Source: Leucoraja erinacea
Taxonomy: Eukaryota
Reading direction: 5' to 3'
DNA: 64,000 nucleotides
Assembly: GCF_028641065.1 (NCBI RefSeq)
Contig: NW_026576285.1
Coordinates: 62,001 to 126,000, forward strand
Of the stretch, positions 51,640 to 60,952 are shown piece after piece. Position 1 is the first letter of the stretch. Each line of letters starts with the position of its first letter. A program made the translations under genes and the position numbers. The notes under the pieces are model-generated. The model was not told the origin of the DNA. It saw nothing but the letters and a program-made list of their open reading frames with translations, and did no database searches.

Positions 51640-54600
51640 GTCGTAAAGTCATACAGCATGGACTCAGGGCCTACGGCTCAAACTGCCACACCAGCCAACA
51701 TGCCCCATCTACAGTGCCTGTATTTCATCAGTACCACTTCTCTCCCCCCTTCCCCCTCCACTCTCCCTCCCCACTCTTTCCCCTCTTTCCCCCACCCCTC
51801 TCCCCCTCCCTCCCCATCCTCCTCTCTCAACACCTATACTGCTCTCCTTTCCCTCCCAAATCTGTTCTGTTTCCTCCTCCTCCTCTCCCCTCCCTCCCCT
51901 CTTCCCACCCACCCTCCCCCACCTGTGTGTTTTTGGGGGGTGGTTAATGTGAGTGTGATGCCACAGCCACCCCCGCCCCCCCCCCCCCCCTCCCGCAAAC
52001 GCCGTTGGGGAAACAGACCCAACGGGTCTGCACTTGGTCTAGTCTATATTACTAAAAGTCTGTTAGTCTGTTCTTGACCGTTTTGGGCCATCTGTGTTGC
52101 GATTTCCGAGAGAACACCGCCACCTACGGCCGTATAAAACCGGGAAGTGGTGTGCCTGAGTGAGTCTGCAAGCTGGAGGAAGGCAGAGGGTCATGTTTCT
52201 CTGAGCTGTGAATAACACTGAACACATGTCCACACAACTGTGAGTAAGTACCCTTAATGTGGTTTGAAAATTAAAATATGGTTAAAGTAAAAAAGCACTG
52301 CCTGCAAATGGTTGTTTGGGGGGTTTGGGTTGAAATAAAAGGCACTCTCCTCCCCCCCCCCCCCCCCTCTCCTCTCCCTCCCCCCCCCCCTCCACTCCCC
52401 CCCCCCCCCCCTCTCTACCTCCCCCCTCTCTCCACCTCCCCCCCCTCTCCTCTCCCCCCCCTCTCGACCCCCCCTCTCTCGACCCCCCTCTCGTCCCCCC
52501 CTCCTCTCGTCCCCCTCTCATCCCCCCTCTCTCGTCCCCCCTCTCGTCCCCCCCTCTCATCCAATCCCTCTCGTCCCCCATCTCTCGTCCCCCCCCCTCC
52601 CTCCCCCCCTCCTCTCCTCTCCTCTCCCCCCTCACCTCCCCCTCTCTCCTCTCCCCCCTCTCCTCTCCCCCCTCTCCTCCCCCCTCTCCCTCCCCCCTCT
52701 CCTCTCCCCCCTCTCTTCCCCTCACTCTCACCCTCTCCCTCTCCTCCCCTCCACCCCCACCTTTCCCCTCTCACCCCCCCCCCCCCCTCTCCCCCTCCCC
52801 ACCCCCTCTCCCTCGTGCCCCTCTCTCTGTGTCTCTGCCCCTTCTCTCTCTGCCCTCACTCTCTACCCCTCCCTCCCCCTCCCCCCCCTCTCTAGATGTG
52901 ACTGCAAGTTGGGGGCTATGCGTCAGTAGATAGGGTGGTTATGGGATAAAAGGAGCAAATTAATAATATTAATATAATATCAAGGGGGGTAATTAGCATG
53001 AGGTCGGGGGGGGGGGTAGTTAGTGTGTGTGATGCTGCATGCCACCTCCCCCCCCTCCCCCCCCACAACCGCACATTGGGGGAACAGACCCAATGGGTCT
53101 GCACTTGGTCTAGTTATATATTAAAACTCTGTGGCTGCCGCCGTCCGTTTGTCCGGCTGCCTTTCTGCCTTTTGATTCGTTTCCATCGTGTGATGTCACA
53201 ATGCCCAATGCTCGCAGATGTCCAATCGGGATGGATCCATTTACATATGCCTTTGTACCAGCCCCAGCCCCTGGTGAACGTTCCATCATGTGATGTCACA
53301 ATGCCCAATGCCCAAAGACATTGTTGCCATAGAGGGAGTACAGAGAAGGTTAACCAGACTGACTCATATAGAATTTATATTCACACTTATAGAATCTTAT
53401 GTTTCTATGTTTCCCTCTCCTCACCCCTCTCCCTCTCCCACCCATGCCTCTCTACCCCCCCCCCTCCCCTCTCCCCCCACTCGCTTCCTCTACCCCCCTC
53501 CCTCCTCACTCTTCCACTTCTCTCCCCCTTCCCCCTCCACTCTCCCTCCCCACACTTTCCCCTCTCACCCCCCACCTCTCTCCCCCTGCGTCCCTCCTTC
53601 CCTCCCTTCACAATCCCCGCCTCCCCCACACATCTCTCTCCCCATTCCCCTCTCTCACCCCACGTTACATCATGTGATGTCACAAAGCCAAATGCCCAAA
53701 GACATTCTTGCCATAGAGTGAGTACAGAGAAGGTTCACCAGACTGATTCCGGGGATGTCAGGACTTTCATATGAAGAAAGATTGGATAGACTCGGCTTGT
53801 ACTCGCTAGAATTTAGAAGATTGATTGGTGATCTTATAGAATCTTATGTTTCTGTTTCCCTCTCCTCACCCCTCTCCCTCTCCCACACCCATCCCTCTCT
53901 CCCCCACCCTCTTCATTCTCTACCGCACCCCCTTCCCTCTCCCCCCGCCCCCTTCCCCTACCCCTCTGTCCCTCTTCCACCACTCCCCCCCTACCCCTTC
54001 TCTCCCCTATTCCCCCTCCAGTCTCCCACCCCCCCCCCACTCTTTCCCCTCTCTCCCCCCACCCCTCCCCCCCCCTCCCTCCCTCCTCCCCTCCCCTCCC
54101 CCATATCTCTCTCCTCATCCCCCTCTCTCAAAACCGCTACCCCCCGCTCTCCTTTCCTCCCCCAAATCTGTCCGGTTCCATCACCCTCCTCTCCCCTCCC
54201 TCCCCTCTTCTCACCCCCCTCCCCCCCACCTGTGTGTTTGGGGGGTCGTTAATGTGAGTGTGATGCCGCAGCCCCCCCCCCCCCCCGCCCGCAAACGCCG
54301 TTGGGGAAACAGACCCAACGGGTCTGCACTTGGTCTAGTTATAGATTAAAACTCTGTGGCTGCCCCCGTCCGTCCGTCCTTTCCGCCTGCCTTTCTGCCT
54401 TTTGATTTGTTCCATCGTATGATGTCACAATGCCCAATGCTCGCAGATGTCAACAATACAATACAAATTTATTATCATTTGAGCCCCAGTGAGACTCAAA
54501 CGAAATGTTGTTTCCACAGCCATACAAACAAAGACACTGTCTTACAGACATACACATAATTAAATTCACACAAACATCCATCACAGTGAAGCCACTGTGA

Positions 54601-57600
54601 TGGAAGGCAAGTCTTTTCTCTCCCCTGTTCTCCGTGTCTCTCCCGATGTCCAAGCCCCAGGCGGGCGATGATGAGTCCCACGGCCATTCTAGGCCGCGCG
54701 GGGCGATTTACGGCCCCGCTCCCGGTCTGAAAGTCCAAGGTTGGAACCCCCACGGGCGATGGTGAGTCCCACGGCCATGAAGCCATGCCGGGTGATGTAC
54801 TGTCCCGGTCCGGGTTGTTCCAACCCCGTGACACCGGCTGGAGAAGTCGCGTTGCGGGAGCTCCGGGAAGCGGTCTCTCCCCCCGGACCCGCGAGCTCCC
54901 GATATCCCAGTCCACCGGACCTGCAGCTGCGTTGCTGGAGCCTCCGAGCCCCAGGAGTCGAGTCGCAGCAGCGAGTCACCGCCGCTCCCCACGCTCCGAG
55001 GCCGGCCAGCCCCACGATGGTGAGTCCGCAGATCCGCAGCTCCGCAGTCTCCCGAGCCCCCGGGTCGTTCAGGCTGGAGGCCGCTCCACGGTGCTAGGCC
55101 CCAACGACAGCCGAGACCCGACAGGGAAAAAGTCGGGTCTCCCGGGGAAGAGATTTAAACAGTTTCCCCCCTCCCCCCCCCCCCCCCCCCCCCCCCCCCC
55201 CACATTTACACATTTAAAAATACTATTAAAAAACACCAAACACTACATTTAACTAGACAAAAAATAAAAAAAAGAAAAAAAAAAAGTAAAAAAAAGACAG
55301 ACAGGCTGTAGGGGCCGCTGCAACGGGTGAGTCGCGCCGCCAATGTCCAATTGGAATGGATCCATTTACATGTACGGCTGTCGACTGCCTTTCTTCCTTT
55401 GATTCCTTGCCACGCCGAATCCAGACGCAGAATCGCCGAGATATTTTCCATTTCGGTAGAGATTTCACTTTTCTTTCAAAGTATCCGCTCCTGATTACAT
55501 TTCGTCATGTTTATGTACACATTTTTAATCAAATCCTTCTCCCCCCCCCCCCAATATTTAAAAAAAAACTGGCTTCTCACCCATAGAAACAGAATCAGCC
55601 CCAGCCCCAGCCCCAGCCCCTGGTGAACGTTCCATCGTGTGATGTCACAATGCCCAATGCTCAAATACATTGTTGCCATAGAGGGAGTACAGAGAAGGTT
55701 CACCAGACTGATTCCTGGGATGTTAGGACTTTCATATGAAGAAAGACTAGATAGACTCGGCATGTACTCGCTAGATTTTAGAAGATTGACGGGGTATCTA
55801 ATAGAAACTTACAAAATTCTTAAGGGGTTGGACAGGCTAGATGCAGGAAGATTGTTCCAGATGTTGGAGAAGTCCAGAACAAGGGGTCACAGTTTAAAGA
55901 TACGGGGGAAATCCTTTAGGAAAGAGATGAGAAAAACATTTTTCACACCGAGAGTGAAATTCTGGAATTCTCTGCCACAGAAGGTAGTTGAGGCCAGTTC
56001 ATTGGCTATATTTAAGAGGGAGTTAGATGTGGCCCTTGTGGCTAAAGGGATCAGGGGGTATGGAGAGAAGGCAGGTACGGAATACTGAGTTGGATGATCA
56101 GCCATGATCATATTGAATGGTGGTGCAGGCTCGAAGGGCCGAATGTCCTACTCCTGCACCTAATTTCTATGTTTCTCTCTCCTCACCGCTCTCCCCACGC
56201 CCCCTTCCCTCTCTCCCCTGCCCCCTTCGCCCTACCCCTCTGTTCCTCTTCCACCACTCCCCGTCCCTCTTCCACCACTCCCGCTACCCCTCTACACCTC
56301 CCTCCCTCTCCACTCTTCCACTTCTCTCCCCCCTCCACTCTCCCTCCCCACTCTTTCCCTCTCTCTCTCTCCCCCCCCCCTCTCCCCTCCCTCCCTCCCT
56401 CCTCATCACCCCCCTCCCCCACATCTCTCTCCCCATCCCCCTCTCTCACCCGCTACCCCGTTCTCCTTTCCCTCCCTAATCTTTGTTTCCTCCTCCTCCT
56501 CTCCAATCCCCCTCCTCTTCTCATCCCCCTCCCCCCACCTGTGTGTTTGGGGGGGTGGTTAATGTGAGTGTGATGCGCCCCCCTCCCCCCCGCCCCGCAA
56601 ACGCCGTTGGGGAAACAGACCCAATGGGTCTGCACTTGGTCTAGTGTTTCTTAAATGTTGCGATAGTACGTGCCTGAACTACCTCCTCCGGCAGTTAATT
56701 CAGTTCCACCCACCACCCTTTGTGTAACAAAGCTACGCCTCAGGTTCCTATTAAATCATTCCCCCCTCATCTTAAACTTGTGGCCTCTGGGTACAGACCA
56801 TAAAAAGGCCCTTTAGCCCACCAAGTTCGTGGTAACTATCAAACACCTATTTATACTTGTGGTACGCTAACCCATTTAATATTTTCCACTCTGCCATTAA
56901 CACTTCCCCCATCCTCTACAGCAATTCTAATATGCATGATCAATTCACACTGGCCAACTTACCTTTCAGCCCGGCATTTTTGGGACGTTGGGGGAAACTG
57001 GAATAACCATAGAAAACACACGTTTGCAGGAAAAATTAATAAAATGTCAGGTTGAAAGAGATCAGAACTGAGTCCAGGTCCTCATAGGCAGCATGTCTAT
57101 TAGCTGCAACACCGCTCATATAGATGGGTGGGAGGAGACTGTGATAAACTGTGTGGTATGCTAGCCTTTATAAATCAGAGCATTGAGTATAGAAGCTGGG
57201 ATGTAATGTTAAAATTGTACAAGGCATTGGTGAGACCAAATCTGGAGTATGGTGTACAATTTTGGTCGCCCAATTATAGGAAGGATGTCAACAAAAATAG
57301 AGAGTGTACAGAGGAGATTTACTAGAATGTTGCCTGGGTTTCAACAACTAAGTTACAGAAGAAAGGTTGAATAAGTTAGGTCTTTATTCTCTGGAGTGCA
57401 GAAGGTTAAGGGGGGACTTGATAGAGGTCTTTAAAATGATGAGAGGGATAGACAGAGTTGATGTGGACAAGCTTTTCCCTTTGAGAATAGGGAAGATTCA
57501 AACAAGAGGACATGACTTCAGAATTAAGGGACAGAAGTTTTGGGGTAATATGAGGGGGATCTTCTTTACTCAGAGAGTGGTAGCGGTGTGGAATGAGCTT

Positions 57601-60053
57601 CCAGTGGAAGTGGTGTCGGCAGGTTCATTGGTATCATTTAAAAATAAATTGGATAGGCATATGGATGAGAAGGGAATGGGGGGTTATGGTATGAGTGCAG
57701 GCAGGTGGGACTAAGGGAAAAAAAGTTGTTCGGCACGGACTTGTAGGGCCGAGATGGCCTGTTTCCATGCTGTAATTGTTATATGGTTATATGGTTAACA
57801 GGGCCTAAACTGAAACTCAACACAAAATACTGGAGTAACTCAGTGGGTCAGGCAGCATCTCCGGAGAAAAGGAAAAGGTGACGTTTGGTGTCGAGACCCT
57901 TCATCAGACTGAGAGACAGGGAACAGGGAGCCGAGAGATATGAAAAAGTACAATGAAATATATGGACCCCCGATTGATGCAGTGTCTTCACCTGAAACTC
58001 CACCTATTCCTATTTTCCAGTGATGCTGCCCGACTTGCTGAGTTACTCCAGCCTTTTGTATCTATCTTCGGTGTAAACCAGCATCTGCATCAGCAGTCAG
58101 AAGAAGGGTCTCGACCCAAAACGTCACCCATTCCTTCTCTCTAGGGACGCTGAGTTAATCCAGCTTTATTGTCCATCTTCGGTTTAAATCAGCTTCTGCA
58201 GTTCCTTCTTACACTTGTCTCAACTGAAACATCACCTATCCATGTTCTCCAGACATATTGCCTGACCTGCTGAATTACTCCCCTTTTATGCCAATTAACC
58301 AGCATCTGCAGTTTCTTGTTTCCTCATGAATAAGCAGTATTTGTTCTGTGATAAAGATTACAGGCAACACACCAGACAGTGTCAAAGTTCATGTGTTTAA
58401 TTGAGGTGAGAAGGGGCCCCCAGGGCAGAGTTATAAGTGTCTGTTTCACTGTTACCAGAAGAAACATAAGAAGACTAAGTGTGGAATACAGTAACGATAA
58501 AATCCCAAAACACTCCATAGCCAAGGATTTTTGTTTTATATGTTATTATTTTAACAGGGAATCACCATTATATTTATTTTCATCTGATAACAATGGGATT
58601 AAACTTTCAGGACGAGCAACCGATTACAGGTTTGTAATCTCCAATCCTTGATGATTGTCAGAATAGTTAGAAAAGAAGCATTGTGTGGGAAGAAATTGCT
58701 CATCAGATTCCCATTAAATCTTTCCCCCCTCAATTTAAACCTATGTCCTCTGGTTCTCGATTCTGTAATCTGTTGAATGTGTTGCCCTCTTGAACATTTC
58801 CAGATTGAGATTGATAGATTTTTGTTTATTAAGGGTGTAATGGGTTAGAGTTCAGCCACATTGTCTGTGCCGAACATGATGTCAAGTTAAACTCAACTCT
58901 TCATGCTTGTACACGATTCATATCCCTCAATTTCCTGCATATCCACATGCCTATCCTCAAGCGTCTTAAATGTGGTTATCCTCTTCTGGGTAAGTGGTGG
59001 TGGGATAATGGATAGGGTCTGCAGGAGAGTGATGCATGCAGCAAACAGAACAAGACAACACAACATTAAAACAACATAGATTGGTCATTTAATGCAAGCT
59101 GATTTTTACCATCATGTGGGTGTCTAACACCAGCTGAGGAAATCTTGGAGAGGTGGGACACCTACTGCTGCAGAAGACGCTTCTTTATTGAAAGTGCACA
59201 TCACTGGTTTACCTGAATTCTGTCTGAGATATTAGTGCAAGGACAGATTGGACAAACATGGGTTGTTTTCACTTGTATACTGGAGGTTGAAGGGAGACCT
59301 GATGAAAGTGCATAACATGGTGAGAGGCACAGACATAATGGACAGTCACAACCTTTTTCCCAGGGTGGAAATGTTGAAGACCAGAGAACATCACTTTAAG
59401 GTAGGAGAAGCAATGTTCAAAGGAGATGAGCGAGGCGTTGTTTTATGTGGAGGGTGGTGGACACCTGTAATGCATTGCCAGTGGTGGTGGTGGTGGTGGG
59501 AGATATAACAGTTACATTTCAGAGGCTTTTAGATAGGTACATAGATAGGCATGGAATGGGCGGATAAGGATCACATACAGGTAGAGGAGATTAGTTTATT
59601 TTGTTCAGCACAGACATTGTGGGCCGAAGGTAGACACAAAGTGCTGGAGTAACTCAGCGGGTCAGGCAGCCTCTCTGGAGAAAATGAATAGGTGACGTTT
59701 TGGGTCAAGACCCTTCTTCAGACTGCTCCTAAGCTGTATTATCCCATGCACTATGCTCATTATTTACATGTATTCAGTTCTTCTCTTCAATGGATTGCCA
59801 TGGTAACCATAGTATATATAACTTCTCACAGCAGCCTTCACAATTCAGGAATCACCATTACCCAAATGTACATTCAATTCAATAATTCAATGAATACATC
59901 CAAGACAATGAACCCAAGCCAAACACAGGTGCTGTGCAACAACAAATAGAATCAGTATTGTTGTTTTCTCAAAGTTCGCAAGTAGAAGGAGCATTGCTTA
60001 CCAGATGAGACAGTGGCCACACCGTAAGTGTTGAGTAAGGTAAAAAGAAGCAT
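37976..60053 (-). CDS. MHC class I heavy chain, non-classical type; 5 coding exons (60002-60053, 49892-50152, 47170-47445, 40882-41154, 37976-38205), 363 aa
   Basis: Exon lengths 52+261+276+273+230 = 1092 nt give one open frame ending in TGA. Every intron is GT..AG and phase 1, as in class I genes. Domain motifs are listed per exon below. Confidence 0.93.
38492..38629. other. Assembly gap (138 N) in MHC intron 4
   Basis: Run of N. Confidence 1.
38630..39560 (+). mobile_element. CR1-A 3' end + C-rich tract + Helitron-like subterminal sequence (composite element, truncated by the gap)
   Basis: Same module order as 55660-56644; the terminal hairpin is missing. Confidence 0.7.
39901..40005 (+). 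repeat. Perfect 35-bp x3 tandem repeat
   Basis: ACCACTGACTCAATCTGCAAATTAACTATTTGGGA three times, inside an old CR1 remnant. Confidence 0.95.
40140..40786 (+). mobile_element. Two HE1-like SINEs (~40140-40418, ~40473-40786)
   Basis: B-boxes GGTTCAATTC and GGTTCGATCC, conserved core, repeat tails. Confidence 0.8.
40882..41154 (-). CDS. MHC class I exon 4, alpha3 Ig C1 domain
   Basis: Acceptor ttgcag|AA; [39 protein letters not shown]; donor G|GTAAGT; 273 nt. Confidence 0.96.
43146..45167 (-). mobile_element. Composite insert: three CR1-B 3' ends interleaved with short tandem units, plus a Helitron-like 3' end
   Basis: CR1-B ends at ~43146-43420, ~43676-43945 and ~44380-44945; flanking CATAT at 43141-43145 and 45168-45172. 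Confidence 0.8.
45544..46418 (+). mobile_element. Rex1/Babar LINE 3' part (second family)
   Basis: [44 protein letters not shown]; ATTAAA and (TTCA)n tail; splits the CR1-A 3' UTR. Confidence 0.88.
46773..47073 (+). mobile_element. HE1-like SINE
   Basis: Matches the SINE at 15058. Confidence 0.8.
47170..47445 (-). CDS. MHC class I exon 3, alpha2 domain
   Basis: Acceptor ccccag|CT; ..[51 protein letters not shown]; donor G|GTACAC; canonical 276 nt. An in-frame alternative acceptor lies 6 nt upstream. Confidence 0.95.
48931..49525 (-). mobile_element. CR1 family B 3' fragment
   Basis: [27 protein letters not shown]; ATATGGTT tail. Confidence 0.9.
49892..50152 (-). CDS. MHC class I exon 2, alpha1 domain
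   Basis: Acceptor ttgcag|AT; [37 protein letters not shown]...PRQRWM...DHWD... matches the class I alpha1 pattern (xxHSLxYFYT..P.F..V..LDD.Q..YFDS..PR..WM...YWD); donor A|GTAAGT; 261 nt. Confidence 0.93.
50750..51590 (-). mobile_element. Helitron-like element, 5' part with C-rich tract (minus strand)
   Basis: The start CTATAAAACTCTCATCTTGACCGCTT resembles the 5' ends at 20416 and 52043; low-complexity interior; no 3' end found. Confidence 0.55.
51590..51638 (+). repeat. (GACA)n microsatellite
   Basis: Read directly from the sequence. Confidence 0.97.
51730..56644 (+). mobile_element. Head-to-tail array of four non-autonomous Helitron-like elements (ending 52042, 53113, 54338, 56644)
   Basis: Each ends in hairpin CAGACCC-AAY-GGGTCTG, 8 nt, then CTAG followed by T. 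Junction CTAG|TC at 52042/52043. No TIRs or TSDs. Confidence 0.85.
54452..55342 (-). mobile_element. GC-rich non-coding retroposon nested in the fourth Helitron-like copy
   Basis: AATAAA and (TATTG)n tail at 54452-54475; ATGTC(C)AA-like duplication at the edges; related segments at ~21184-21665 and ~29870-30510. Confidence 0.65.
57150..57796 (+). mobile_element. CR1 family B 3' fragment
   Basis: [23 protein letters not shown]; ATATGGTT tail. Confidence 0.9.
60002..60053 (-). CDS. MHC class I exon 1, signal peptide [17 protein letters not shown]
   Basis: ATG at 60053, 17 codons plus 1 nt, then donor G|GTAAGC. Hydrophobic leader; its phase matches the alpha1 acceptor. Too short for the ORF track. 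Confidence 0.8.
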
Positions 60054-60952
60054 GTTTTACAGCTGCCCACAGCAGTATTAAACCAGCAGAGTAAATGTAG
60101 CAACAGTAACTTAATCTCTTGTACGTTTTTAACAGAACTCTGGTGTGAAGCTAACTATTGGTCCATGTGTACACAAACCTGATAACCAGATCCAATGGGA
60201 ATGAGACCACTTGTACTGGTCACTAATTACCAGTGAATACAGTTTAAGGATCAGGATTGATGGCAGGGATTATATTGGTGTATTTAGGGCAACAATTACA
60301 AAATCACTTTTCACATAACACCTTGCAGCTGAATAGATGTTTCTCAAAGTAGAACTACTTTACTATCAGAATGCAGTCATTTCCACAAACAACAGTTTTA
60401 GATAAAACAGATAGTCTACTTTACTCAATTACTGTGTAGGAAGGAACTGCAGATGCATGTTTTGCTGTAGGCAGATGCAAAATGCTGGAGTAACACAGCG
60501 GGTCAGGCAGCATCTCTGCGGAAAAGGAACAGGTGACATTTCGGGAAGGGTCTCGACACAAATCATCAACTTTTCATTTTTCCCAGAAGAGCTGCCTGAC
60601 ATGCTGAGTTACTACAACTTTTTGTGTCTGTCTTAAATCCACTTTACACGTATTGCTTAAGAAATAACAATTGGTCAATGCACGTGTGAGAATTTCCCAG
60701 CCCGTATTTGAAGTAGTACCATGCGTCTTTTTTTTCAGCTGGGAGGAAAGACATGATGTCAGTTTAAAATTGTATCTAGGTGTATAAGTGAAGCACAGTC
60801 TCAACATCAACGCATAAATCTCTCATTGAGCCTTCTGTGAATACATGGCCCTTTACACCATGTCCCACTCACATGAAAGCTGTGCCCTCCATTACTTTAT
60901 ATTTACACCCTGTGTAAAAAGGTTCTGACTCTCTATCCTATCTATGCCTCTC

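Noticed and set aside
54650-55150. CpG-island-like GC-rich stretch with overlapping ORFs
   Set aside because: Interior of a dispersed retroposon with relatives at ~21400 and ~30100; not a promoter or gene.
37976-60053. Assigning a specific gene symbol (UAA, UBA, UDA, UEA, UFA or CD1)
   Set aside because: Lineage needs a phylogeny. Classical UAA is disfavoured by the anchor loss, but I cannot choose among the others by eye.
60095-60315. Possible MHC promoter motifs: X-box-like TAGCAACAG (~60098), CCAAT/ATTGG (~60157, ~60192), IRF-like GAAAAGTGA (~60304-60312)
   Set aside because: Orientation and spacing do not fit a canonical S-X-Y module and the matches are short; not supportable without TSS or conservation data.
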